NCBI GenBank assembly: GCA_965248675.1
Contig: CBDFJZ010000007.1
Location: forward strand, 161,119 to 225,118
Length of the DNA: 64,000 nucleotides
Source: Dehalococcoidia bacterium
Lineage (GTDB): Bacteria > Chloroflexota > Dehalococcoidia > UBA2979
Reading direction: 5' to 3'
In this document: one piece after another, positions 28,411-37,531 of the stretch
Layout of the letters: each line of letters starts with the position of its first letter
How positions within the stretch are numbered: the first letter of the stretch is position 1
Made by a program: the position numbers and the translations under genes
Notes under the pieces: generated by a model
Databases searched by the model: none
Told to the model about the DNA's origin: nothing
The model's input: the letters and a program-made list of their open reading frames with translations, nothing else

Positions 28411-28588
28411 GCATCGAGGTTTGGGGCGCTCAGGGACCGGAGCCGGAGTTGCTCGTTCGACCTGCCGTCACGCATGACCTGGGATCCGTTGCGCGCCGGA
28501 GGCCTGGGGGCGTGCGGGCGCGCCGCGCTACACTTGGGCCGCAGCCGGTCTCGAGGCATTCGTGGCCTGACCCGGCCTTCGGGGGGAC

Positions 28589-30328
28589 ATGGTTCTAGAG
28601 GGTCCAGAGCGCACGCAGCAGCAACAGGTGCTGTACCGGAAGTGGCGGCCTCGTCGCTTCGCGGATGTGGTTGGGCAGGAGCCGATCACGACGACGCTGG
28701 CGCACGTGGTGGAGACGGGGACGCCGGCGCATGCGTACCTGTTCAGCGGGCCTCGGGGGACAGGGAAAACGTCGACCGGTCGGATTCTCGCGAAGGCGCT
28801 GAACTGCCGGCCGGGATCCGATGGATCGCCGGATCCGGAGTGCGAGGCTTCGTACGACGAGGGGCGCGCGCTCGATCTGATCGAGTTGGACGCGGCCTCG
28901 AACCGGGGGATCGACGAGATCCGGGACCTGCGTGAGAACGCGGGATACTCGCCGGCCCTCGGGCCGTACAAGGTCTACCTGATCGACGAGGCGCACATGC
29001 TGACGGACGCAGCGTTCAACGCGCTACTGAAGACGCTCGAGGAGCCGCCGCCGCACGTGATCTTCATCCTGGCGACGACGGAGCCGCACCGCATTCCTGC
29101 GACGATCTCGTCGCGGTGTCAGCGGTTCGACTTCCGGCGGCACACCCTCGAGGGGATTGTGGGACGGCTCGAGCTGGTCGGCGGCGGCGAGGGCGTCACT
29201 GCCGAGGAGGGCGTGTACGAGCTGATCGCGAGGCAGGCGACGGGGTCGCTGCGGGACGCCGAGAACCTGCTGGATCAGCTGATCGCGTACCACGGCAAGC
29301 AGCTCACCCTCGAGAACGTGCGCGCCGGGCTTGGCCTCGTGGTGGACGCGCGGACCGAGGCGGTGGCGAACGCGGCGATTCACCGCGACCTGGCGAATGG
29401 CCTCGAGGCGCTCGTGGGGGCCCGTGACGACGGGGTTTCGATGAGACCGTTCATGCGCGAGGTGGTGTCGGTCCTGCGCAGCGCGCTGCTGTTGAAGGCC
29501 GGTGCCGGCGACCAGCTCGGGCTGTCCGACGGCGAAGCCGAGGCGCTGGTGGCGATGACCTCGGATGTGCGGGCAGCCGAGATCGTGGCAGCACTGAGCG
29601 CGTTCGGGGAGCTCGATTTCTCGGGCGACGCGTACGACTCGTTGCCGGCGGAGATCGCGTTCGCCCAGTTGTGTACCGAGGCGCTGACCCCGGCACCGAG
29701 TGGCCAGAGCGGTCAGCAGGCGGCTCCGCCGCAAGATGTTAAATCTTCGGATCCGTCGATCCAGCGTGATCAGGGCGCGGCTCCGCCGCAGCAACCTCGA
29801 CAGGTTCCGCAGCAGCGTCAACAGCGGGCGGCTCCTCAGCAGCGGCAGGCTCCGCGCCAGCGACCGGCACCGTCGCAGGGAGCGCCCTCAAACGGCGAGT
29901 CGGCGCCGCGGCCTGATGCTGCGCCAGCTCCGAAGCCGGCGTTCGTCGCCCCCGATGCGGGCGAGGTATCGGCGGAACTGCAAGCGCTGCGCGCGCAGTG
30001 GGACGAGATTCGCGGCATCGCGAAGCAGCTGAACTTCAAAGCGGGCGCGCTCCTGGTCGCCGCCTACCTCAAGTCGGTCGAGGAGGACCAGGTCGAGATC
30101 GGGTTCCGCTACCCGAACCACGTGGAGCAGATTCGCGAGAACGAGGGCGGTGCACTGCTGGCGGCGGTGACGCAGGCGGTGTCGCAGGTGGCGAAACGCG
30201 AGCTGCGGGTGGTGCCGGTGGTGTGGGAAGAGCTGAACAACACCGGCCCGGCGCCCGCGCCGAAGACCGCGGGCGGGCACCTCGTCGAGGAGGCGGGGGA
30301 GCTGGGCGCCGTTGTGATCGATGAGTGA
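28589..30328 (+). CDS. dnaX: DNA polymerase III subunit gamma/tau
   Basis: YRKWRPRRFADVVGQE, Walker A GPRGTGKTS, DEAHML, a Cys-rich Zn module region, and a Pro/Gln-rich linker before the C-terminal tau domain. Confidence 0.95.
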   Translation: MVLEGPERTQQQQVLYRKWRPRRFADVVGQEPITTTLAHVVETGTPAHAYLFSGPRGTGKTSTGRILAKALNCRPGSDGSPDPECEASYDEGRALDLIELDAASNRGIDEIRDLRENAGYSPALGPYKVYLIDEAHMLTDAAFNALLKTLEEPPPHVIFILATTEPHRIPATISSRCQRFDFRRHTLEGIVGRLELVGGGEGVTAEEGVYELIARQATGSLRDAENLLDQLIAYHGKQLTLENVRAGLGLVVDARTEAVANAAIHRDLANGLEALVGARDDGVSMRPFMREVVSVLRSALLLKAGAGDQLGLSDGEAEALVAMTSDVRAAEIVAALSAFGELDFSGDAYDSLPAEIAFAQLCTEALTPAPSGQSGQQAAPPQDVKSSDPSIQRDQGAAPPQQPRQVPQQRQQRAAPQQRQAPRQRPAPSQGAPSNGESAPRPDAAPAPKPAFVAPDAGEVSAELQALRAQWDEIRGIAKQLNFKAGALLVAAYLKSVEEDQVEIGFRYPNHVEQIRENEGGALLAAVTQAVSQVAKRELRVVPVVWEELNNTGPAPAPKTAGGHLVEEAGELGAVVIDE

Positions 30329-30439
30329 TCTTGTTTGACGCTTCGCGCCTCGATGCGGCTGGTGGTCTACGACTCGGTGTTGCTGGTTGTTGGCGGGTGG
30401 CCTGCGGTTGGTCGGCGCGGCGGAGTCTCACCCTGGTGA

Positions 30440-31090
30440 ATGAGCCTTCTGGACCGTTTCGTGAGTGACGCTTCGCGGCCGGGGGTGGATGGCGCGGCGT
30501 CGCCGATCAATCGGTTGATTGAGGCGTTCCACCGACTGCCCGGCATTGGGCCGAAGAGCGCGCAGCGGCTGGCGTACCACGTGCTGCGGGCGCCCGAGGA
30601 AGAGGCGACGGACCTCGCGGATGCGTTGACCGAGGTGAAGCGGTCGGTGGTGCTCTGCGAGCGGTGTCAGAACCTGACGGATACGAATCCATGTCGGATC
30701 TGCCTCGATACGGGGCGGGATCGGACGATTGTCTGCGTGGTCGAGGAGCCGCTCGATGTACAGGCGATTGAGCGCACCGGGGGGTTTAGCGGGCTCTATC
30801 ACGTGCTGCACGGGGTGATTTCGCCCTCGGACGGGGTTGGGCCGGAGGAGCTGAAGATCGCGGAGTTGCTGACTCGGATTCGGGACGTGGATACGGATGT
30901 GGCCGAGGTGATTGTCGCCACCAACCCGAACCTCGAGGGGGAGGCGACGTCGATGTACCTCGCGAGGTTGTTGCAGCCGCTGGGGTTGTCTGTCACCCGC
31001 TTGGCGCGGGGGCTGCCTGCGGGGGCTGATCTCGAGTACGCGGATGATGTGACGTTGGGGCGGGCTTTGGAGTATCGGCAGCAGGTTTAG
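30440..31090 (+). CDS. recR: recombination protein RecR
   Basis: LPGIGPKSAQRLAYHVL helix-hairpin-helix, a C4 zinc finger (CERCQNL..CRIC) and a Toprim domain. The start could be ~45 nt downstream. Confidence 0.9.
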   Translation: MSLLDRFVSDASRPGVDGAASPINRLIEAFHRLPGIGPKSAQRLAYHVLRAPEEEATDLADALTEVKRSVVLCERCQNLTDTNPCRICLDTGRDRTIVCVVEEPLDVQAIERTGGFSGLYHVLHGVISPSDGVGPEELKIAELLTRIRDVDTDVAEVIVATNPNLEGEATSMYLARLLQPLGLSVTRLARGLPAGADLEYADDVTLGRALEYRQQV

Positions 31091-31262
31091 GGCGCCGGTA
31101 GGCGCGTTTTCCGGCCGCGGCCCGGTCCGGGTCCGGGGCTTTGCTTCTTCTTCCTCGAAAGTTGTTGGTTCCGCTGAGCGCGGGGCGTCTGGCGCTTACG
31201 CGCGGGGGTTGGCGTGGGCGGCTGGCGGTGTGCAGCGCGACGGCTTTCGAGGTCGTTTCTCT

Positions 31263-31335
31263 GATCAGGGGAGCGCTGCTCCCCTGCGACCCCTCGCCGG
31301 GGGACTTGCAGTCCCCCGAGCCCCCTCGCAAGCCG
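31263..31335 (+). repeat. interspersed element, copy E2 (module A only)
   Basis: GATCAGGGGAGC-gct-GCTCCCCTGCGACCCCTCGCCGGGGGAC-ttgca-GTCCCCCGAGCCCCCTCGCAAGCCG. No recognisable module B follows. Confidence 0.85.
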
Positions 31336-31486
31336 AGGGCATCTCGCTCGTCGCGAGGTTTGGGTGACGGCAAGCGGAGGTCGGTGCTCGCTGGGGGTTT
31401 GAGTCTGCGCAAGCCGTCTTGGGTGCGAACCATCTGGCACCGCTAGGCATAGCTCTCGAGATGTGCGGGCTCCTAGGGATGGAATG

Positions 31487-31685
31487 ACATGTCCCGGGCA
31501 AAGGCCCCGGTAGGCGGATGTTGCGTAGGGCGCCATTGCTCGAGTTCGATTCACTGTCTTCCGGCGCCACCGACGTGTGCTGGCTCCACATTTCGAGTCG
31601 GGTTTGGGAGACTGCCCTCGCTCGAGCGATCGCCTAGAAGCCAGCCCTGGCGAGGGGTCGCAGGGGAGCACTGTTCTCGATGAGC
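31487..31685 (-). repeat. interspersed element, copy E3 (reverse orientation, degenerate)
   Basis: The reverse complement reads ..GCTCCCCTGCGACCCCTCGCC.. then a linker, then ..TACCGGGGCctttGCCCGGG. It is collinear with the forward copies but lacks hairpin 2. Confidence 0.65.
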
Positions 31686-31816
31686 GCTCGTGGGGCTGGG
31701 GCTCCAGTGATCTGGGGTTCTGCTCGCCGAACAGCCGCTAGGAACGCAGGTCGCCCTCCGTGAGACAGGGCAGCTCGAAGGAGTTCCCCGGCCCGGCAGG
31801 GCTGTAACCTCGGCGG

Positions 31817-32620
31817 ATGGCGAGTCGGGTTCCTCGGGTGACGAAGACGGAGGCGATTGTGCTGCGGCATCGACGGCTGGGCGAGGCCGATCGGATCGTG
31901 ACGCTGCTGACGCCGCACCGAGGGAAGATCGATGTGGTGGCGAAGGGGTTGCTGCGGTCTCGGAGCAAGCTGGCGGGGCACCTGGAGCCGCTGACGCTGT
32001 CCGAAGTGGTGCTGGCGCACGGGCGGTCGATGGATATCGTGACGCAGGCGCAGACGGCCGAGCCGTTCGCTTCGCTACATAACGACCTGGAACAGCTCAG
32101 CACGGCGATGTACCTGCTGGAGCTGGCGGACCGGTTCACGGTGGAGCATGCGGATGCGCTCGACGTGTACGAGCTGCTAGAGGTGTCGCTGCGGCGGCTG
32201 GCGCGCGGGGACGGCGTGCAGCTGGTCACGAGGCGGTTCGAGCTGGGGGTGCTGGCGGCGACGGGGTTCCGGCCGGAGCTGGATCACTGCCTCGAGACCG
32301 GCGCCCCGGTGGCGGCGGAGGAGGCGTTCTGGACGCATCGGGGGGGTGGCGTGGTGAGCCGGGCCGGGCTCGCGACGCATCCCGAGGCGTTCCCGCTGGA
32401 CGCGCGGGTGCTACGGGTGTTGCGGGCGTTTCAGTCGCTGCCGTACGAGGAGGCGGGGCGGATTCGGATCGATCCGGATCTGGCGGGGCGGCTGGAGCAG
32501 GTGATGCACGAGTTCGTGCGGGCGCAAGCGGAGCGGGAGCTGAAGAGCGCTGAGTTTGTTTCTGAGTCCAGGCGCGTGGTGTCTTCGACACTTTCCGACC
32601 CTTCGGGTCAGTCTGAGTGA
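31817..32620 (+). CDS. recO: DNA repair protein RecO
   Basis: N-terminal OB-fold signature (TEAIVLRHRRLGEADRIVTLLTPHRGKIDVVAKG) followed by a helical domain with the usual length. Confidence 0.85.
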   Translation: MASRVPRVTKTEAIVLRHRRLGEADRIVTLLTPHRGKIDVVAKGLLRSRSKLAGHLEPLTLSEVVLAHGRSMDIVTQAQTAEPFASLHNDLEQLSTAMYLLELADRFTVEHADALDVYELLEVSLRRLARGDGVQLVTRRFELGVLAATGFRPELDHCLETGAPVAAEEAFWTHRGGGVVSRAGLATHPEAFPLDARVLRVLRAFQSLPYEEAGRIRIDPDLAGRLEQVMHEFVRAQAERELKSAEFVSESRRVVSSTLSDPSGQSE

Positions 32621-32804
32621 CGTTGTGCGGCCGGACCTCAGGTGCTCACTGCCGATCCGGGCGCGTGCGCGTCTTCGACGGGCTCATTCAGTGACGATGC
32701 TGTTCTGCTGCGACGGCGTCGTTGCCGGCTTCGCGGGGATGTCGACCGTGGAGGCTGCTGGGTTCGTTAAGCGGCCTGCTCTTGCCGAGATGGCGTTCGT
32801 TCGG

Positions 32805-33005
32805 GGAGCCGAACCCGAGGATCAGGGGAGCGCTGCTCCCCTGCGACCCCTCGGCCGGGGACATGCTGTCCCCAACGCCCCTCGCAAGCCGTGGTCCTTG
32901 ATGAACTAGCGAAGCTGTCGAGGCGGCGGGTGGGCTCTCGATGCGCTTGTGTGATGGTGCACTGAGCACCTTGCTGGTCACCGGGGCGTTCGCCCCGGGC
33001 GCGAA
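32805..33005 (+). repeat. interspersed three-hairpin element, copy E4 (A+B)
   Basis: GGAGCCGAACC..GGGGAGC-gct-GCTCCCC..GGGGAC-atgct-GTCCCC..CCCCTCGCAAGCCG ... GTCACCGGGGC-gttc-GCCCCGGGCGCG. Confidence 0.85.
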
Positions 33006-33158
33006 GCCTTCGTGGTCGGCGAGATCGTGGCCGGAGGCGGAGGTCGAGGCGCAGTCGGGGGCGGTGCCAGGCGGCGTCTGTGGGCACTCAGCGGTCGCCG
33101 AGTGGGCGCCCGCTAGAGAGCTATGGGGCGAGTCTCGCCGGTGGGCGTGGCAGCGAGG

Positions 33159-33722
33159 CTAGACGGCGTCTTCCTCGATGGTCTCGACGATCTGCTCGAG
33201 GAGGGTGGGCGGCGCTTCCTGCTCGGCGATCAGCTCCTCCATGAGGAGCGCGTCGAGGTCGAGGAGCGCGGGGTCTTCGGCGGGGGGCTCTTCGACGACG
33301 ACCTCGTCGGCGGGTTCAACGATGTTCTCGACGAGGTCGTTGAGGATGGTGTCGACCGGCTCGTCGAGGACGGTGTCAACGGGCGCATCGAGGACGGCCT
33401 CGCCGGGCTCCTCGACGACCAGGTCTTCGACGGGGGCTTCGTCGGTCGGGATCTCGTCGACGGGGGTCTCCGCCGCGAGCGCGTAGGCCGGCACGCCGAG
33501 CCTCGCGACGTGCGCGCTGTAGGCGCCGCTGCCCTCGAAGTGGCCGGCTTCGAGCAGACGGCGGACGCCGTGGGCCGGCGGGTGGTGTCCGCTCGACGGA
33601 GTGACGATGTCGGTGCCGCCGGCCGGCGGCGACGCCTCGGAACGTTGGGGGCGGTTAGCCGGCGCTTGCGGCGGTCCCGCGTTGAACCCTCGAGGCCCTG
33701 CGCCTACTCCGTGTACCTGCAT
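33159..33722 (-). CDS. hypothetical protein with an extremely acidic, Val/Glu/Asp/Pro-rich C-terminal half
   Basis: ORF 33159..33722. Third-position G+C is higher by eye than in the codon-aligned antisense ORF 33123..33788. The start is uncertain and no family was recognised. Confidence 0.45.
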   Translation of the reverse strand: MQVHGVGAGPRGFNAGPPQAPANRPQRSEASPPAGGTDIVTPSSGHHPPAHGVRRLLEAGHFEGSGAYSAHVARLGVPAYALAAETPVDEIPTDEAPVEDLVVEEPGEAVLDAPVDTVLDEPVDTILNDLVENIVEPADEVVVEEPPAEDPALLDLDALLMEELIAEQEAPPTLLEQIVETIEEDAV

Positions 33723-33758
33723 GCGTTACCCCTCGGACGGTCCGGGCTGTCCCCGGGA

Positions 33759-34142
33759 TCATCGGTTGCAAGAGGGGGAGGGGGGTGAGGGAGAACCCGG
33801 AGTGGCCTCGGAACGGGCGAGTGGGAGTCGCGCTGGGTGGAGAGCTTGTCGGCTCAAAGGATGGTGCTGCGGCCGACGGCCTTGAAGATGAGCGGCTTGG
33901 TCGGGGTGCCGTCCTGATGACGGGTACTCGGTGGCTTGGCATCGGATGTTAGGGTTGGGCGAGAACTCGGTGGCGGCGCGCGACTCCCAGTCGAGGTTGT
34001 TGGTGGGGTAGTCGGACTGCTTCATCCACGGCCCCTGCTCGAGGCAGAGGACGCTCATGCCGGCGGCGGCGATGCTCCAGGCGAAGGCGCCGGCGGACGC
34101 GCCAGCACCGATGATCAGGACGCCTACGGGCTCGTTTGGCAT
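33759..34142 (-). pseudogene. remnant of a GMC-family FAD oxidoreductase (N-terminal ~100 aa only)
   Basis: VLIIGAGASAGAFAWSIAAAGMSVLCLEQG is a GxGxxG FAD fold. After ..NPNIR the protein-like reading moves to another frame (..DGTPTKPLIFKAVGRSTIL) and stops. A full GMC enzyme is ~500+ aa. Confidence 0.6.
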
Positions 34143-34712
34143 CGAGGGAAGTTAGCGGACCTCGGAGGGGGGCGTCGAGGCAGACGGCACAGGCGACCTC
34201 GATACCTGGGGACCGCGGATCGATCCCGAGTCCCTTCGCCGCCGACCGTTTCCGTGCGTCGTCTACAATCGGTGCGAAAAGGTGATCTAGCGTGGTTGCC
34301 CGCTGACGCTCTTCCGGCCCCTGGTGCCGCGCCGATGACCGCGATCGAGTCGTTGCACTTAGGCACGAGCCTGAGTGAGTTTCAGATGTGAGATCGATGC
34401 GCGTGCCGCGACCTGGGTAGCAACCTGTGTCGAGTGTTGCCCGTTGTGGGTGCGGGAACCCCTGAGACAGTCATAGCCGCGAGGTGTCGTGAGCGATGAG
34501 GTGGGAGTTGAACCCTGTGACCGCGTTTCGCGTCGGCGGGAGGGCGAGTAGCGGGAAGAGGCTCTGTTCGCCTGAGACTGCCCGATGACTCGGCTAGGTC
34601 CACGGCAGTGTCGCGACGGAGCACCGACCCATCGGCGCCGTTCTCGGTCCCGACTCGATCGTCCGCTGTAGGCAACAAGTCGAAACGGAAGCTTCGGCGA
34701 CGACCCCGCCGG

Positions 34713-36314
34713 ATGTCTCTCGACATTGTCGGTGCTGGTCTCGTTGCACTTATTGTCACCGCTGGCGTGCTCTGGCCGTCTCAGGTCGGTGCTCAGCAGA
34801 CGCTGGAGCCTTCGGTGATCGTTGCGATGGCCGCCGCCGGGGAACCGGTAGAGCTACGACAAGTGATGATCGCCGGCGACTTGGATCTCAGCGGTGTGGG
34901 TCGTATCACGGCTCCGTTCCGGTGCATCGACTGTACGGTCAGCGGAGAGTTCATCGCCTCCGACGTTGTCTTCGAGCGAGTCGTTGATCTCAGCGGGCTG
35001 CGTACGACCGGACTTAATCTGAGGGCGGCGGCATTTGAAGCCCCGCTCATCATCACCGGAGGAACCTCAGGCGCGAGCATCGATGGTCCCGTGGACGCGT
35101 CCGTCGTTGTCTTCAAGGATCTAGTGAATCTTGAAGGCGTTCGTTTCGGTGACACGGTGAGCTTCGCTAATGCGCGCTTCCTCGGCAATAGCTCGTTCTC
35201 CGGAACCGATTTCGTTGGCTCAGTCGACTTCGGTCGAGCAGAGTCTCACGCGCTCACGCTCTTCACGGTCGCCTCGTCCGCAGATCCGCCCGATGGAGCA
35301 GGCTCCACATGCCAGATGGTGACCGGTTCCGGACACTTCCTCGGCGAGGTTAGCTTTGAGCGGGCGACCTTCCATGATCGTGTTGACTTCCGCCGGCGCT
35401 GCTTTGAGCATCCGCCGCTGTTCATCGGCGCAACGTTCTCGGGCGTCGCGGACTTCACACAGAGTCTATTCGGGTCAGGTGAGGGCCCGGAGGCAGGTAA
35501 GACGTCGTTCGACGGTGCGGATTTCGCGTCGCGCGGATCGTTCCTCGCGGCGGTCTTCATCAGTGAAGCCTCGTTCGCCGACGTGACGGGGGCCGGCGGT
35601 CTCGATTTCACGGCCGGGCAGTTTGAACGGGATGCGTTGTTCTTTCGGACCAGGATTCAGGGTCCGCTAACGTTCGATAGAACTCTCTTTCGCGGTGGTT
35701 TAGTCATGAACCAGGTATCGGCCGATCCGTTGGAGTTGGATCTGTCGGCGGTCGCGTCGATCGAGAGCTCTTCTATACAGGAGGAGGTTCTGCGGCTCAT
35801 CGAACGAGGCGCACGGGACAAGGACGACTTCGCAACCGCGAACGACGCTCTGTTCAAGCGACGTGAGCTTGAGGGTGCAAAACTCAACGGGCTGTCCGCC
35901 GTCTTCGATGCCCTTATAGTCAACCGGACGTTTGGCTACTTCGTTCGTCCGACCGTGCCATTGATTCCCTTTGCGCTACTGCTCGTCCTCGGGGCTGTGA
36001 CTAGGACGAGTGTCCTCGCGACGCGCGATCTGAAAGCGCCCTCGCTCGTTCCCAGACCGACCCCCGGTCGGCTCGAATCTGCGTTCGCAACCACCTCGGC
36101 TGCGATCGCTGCGACCTTGAAGGCGGCCGTCGGCGGTCTGAAGGCGGCCCCGAGCGTGCAGCGATCGGCCGACGAGCGCGCTGCTCGCCCTTATCTCTTC
36201 GCCGGCATCTTGTGGATCGAGTTCATCTTGTTCCGCGTGTTCGGCGCCGCTTTCATCATCGCGCTCGCCAACTCGAACCCGACCTTCCGCTCGATGTTCG
36301 ATGCGGCATTCTAG
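34713..36314 (+). CDS. membrane-anchored pentapeptide-repeat protein
   Basis: N-terminal signal anchor, then long runs of A(D/N)(L/F)xx-type pentapeptide repeats (ANARFLGNSSFSGTDFVGSVDF, GADFASRGSFLAAVFISEASFADV..). C-terminal TM helices. The start is either ATG 34713 or upstream GTG 34608. Confidence 0.7.
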   Translation: MSLDIVGAGLVALIVTAGVLWPSQVGAQQTLEPSVIVAMAAAGEPVELRQVMIAGDLDLSGVGRITAPFRCIDCTVSGEFIASDVVFERVVDLSGLRTTGLNLRAAAFEAPLIITGGTSGASIDGPVDASVVVFKDLVNLEGVRFGDTVSFANARFLGNSSFSGTDFVGSVDFGRAESHALTLFTVASSADPPDGAGSTCQMVTGSGHFLGEVSFERATFHDRVDFRRRCFEHPPLFIGATFSGVADFTQSLFGSGEGPEAGKTSFDGADFASRGSFLAAVFISEASFADVTGAGGLDFTAGQFERDALFFRTRIQGPLTFDRTLFRGGLVMNQVSADPLELDLSAVASIESSSIQEEVLRLIERGARDKDDFATANDALFKRRELEGAKLNGLSAVFDALIVNRTFGYFVRPTVPLIPFALLLVLGAVTRTSVLATRDLKAPSLVPRPTPGRLESAFATTSAAIAATLKAAVGGLKAAPSVQRSADERAARPYLFAGILWIEFILFRVFGAAFIIALANSNPTFRSMFDAAF

Positions 36315-36324
36315 AGGTGGACCC

Positions 36325-37437
36325 ATGCTTAAAGTCGGAGTGCTCGCGGCCTTCTTGTTGGTGGCGCTGACTGCTTGCTCGAACAAGTCGGACGACGGTG
36401 GTACGGCCGTCCAGAGCGTTACGCCCGAACCCACTGGGCTCCCCCCATCACTTGACCCAGTTGGGCGCGTTGACGCCGTAATCCAGCTGAACGTGGAGCG
36501 GAACGGCGTGCGAACGACCGACGACGAGTCGCTGTTCGCAGGAGACAGCCTCGAGAGCGACGCCGACGGAACGTTCGATTTTGCGGTAGAAGCGAATGAA
36601 ACCACCTGCCGATCGCTGACGAACGTGAAACTCACAGTGTATCCTCAGCCCGATGTCGTGATCCGATTCTATTCAGGGATCACAACTTGCAATTTTGCTT
36701 CGAGCTCTGCGCCCGCTGAGTACATGGTTGGCGACCTCGCGACACTCAGAACTTCTGGCCAAACCGTCTTCTCTGTTCAGGCGAGCGCCGATAGTGCCAC
36801 AATTATCGTGGCCAGCGGATCAGTAGTCGTCGACTCGCTGGTGGCTCCGAGCACATTCACCGTCACGAGGCAACACGAGATAGAAGTCTTCTTCGACGCT
36901 CCACCGATTCAGCCGAGGCCGATCACTATAGATCCGTCGATGATCGACCGATTCCGACCGTTCGGACCTGAGATCCTCGTTCCGCCCACGATTACGAGCG
37001 ATCCGCGTCTCAAGGGACTACTCGACCAAGAGGTGATCAAGGTCGGATTTGATCCGTCAGCAGCCGCGAATCTCAAGTCGACGGAGTTCCTCGAGACGTA
37101 CATCGCGACGCTTGGCGAGCAGCTGGGCATCGAGGTGGAACTCGTGCCGATCAATCCATCTGACGCCGACGGAGAGCTAGACCAAGGCCGGATCGACCTC
37201 TTCATTGCACCGTCGCAAGCGCTTCGGTCGCTGGATGCGATCCCGCTTTTCGCAGATGAGAGGGATGTGACATGGGGCATCGCATCTGCGGCCGATGCCG
37301 GAGAGATCACCGAAGTCTTGTCTAAACTGCAGACGGCGACCGTGCTATCGGGGCGGTACAGCGACCTCTACGAGAAAGCGTTCGAGGTTGAGCCAACCTA
37401 CGATCTGGTGATTCCGCCAAGCTTTCCGCAGCGGTAA
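36325..37437 (+). CDS. lipoprotein with a FecR-like beta-rich N-domain and a periplasmic-binding-protein-like C-domain
   Basis: Lipobox LVALTAC after ATG 36325, which is preceded by GAGGTGG. The C-terminal part (KVGFD..., GRIDLFIAPS) resembles type 3 solute-binding folds. The domain calls are tentative. Confidence 0.6.
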   Translation: MLKVGVLAAFLLVALTACSNKSDDGGTAVQSVTPEPTGLPPSLDPVGRVDAVIQLNVERNGVRTTDDESLFAGDSLESDADGTFDFAVEANETTCRSLTNVKLTVYPQPDVVIRFYSGITTCNFASSSAPAEYMVGDLATLRTSGQTVFSVQASADSATIIVASGSVVVDSLVAPSTFTVTRQHEIEVFFDAPPIQPRPITIDPSMIDRFRPFGPEILVPPTITSDPRLKGLLDQEVIKVGFDPSAAANLKSTEFLETYIATLGEQLGIEVELVPINPSDADGELDQGRIDLFIAPSQALRSLDAIPLFADERDVTWGIASAADAGEITEVLSKLQTATVLSGRYSDLYEKAFEVEPTYDLVIPPSFPQR

Positions 37438-37531
37438 CGGGAGGCTAGAGCGCCCTGGGAGCCGGCCTAGCACCGGCGCCGGAGGATGCAGGCGGCAGAC
37501 CGCCTGGCCGAGATCATCCGGACCGCACGGC

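Noticed and set aside
28126-28588. SRP RNA (ffs) upstream of dnaX, a common location in monoderm bacteria.
   Set aside because: I looked for the helix-8 GGAAG(G/C)AGC-type motif and its partner strand and found none. The spacer is explained by repeat copy E1. A covariance-model scan would settle it.
28589-30328. Programmed frameshift or transcriptional slippage site in dnaX for a gamma product.
   Set aside because: No A-rich slippery heptamer or long A-run is present in the linker region.
31087-31671. ORFs spanning the repeat-rich spacers (31087..31671, 31141..31446, 28070..28303, 48516..48731, 49781..49975, 39964..40374) that share peptides such as PLPCDPSPGDLQSPEPPRKP.
   Set aside because: The shared peptide is just the translated repeat element. 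Copies fall in different frames, carry loop indels, and show paired-stem conservation rather than codon conservation.
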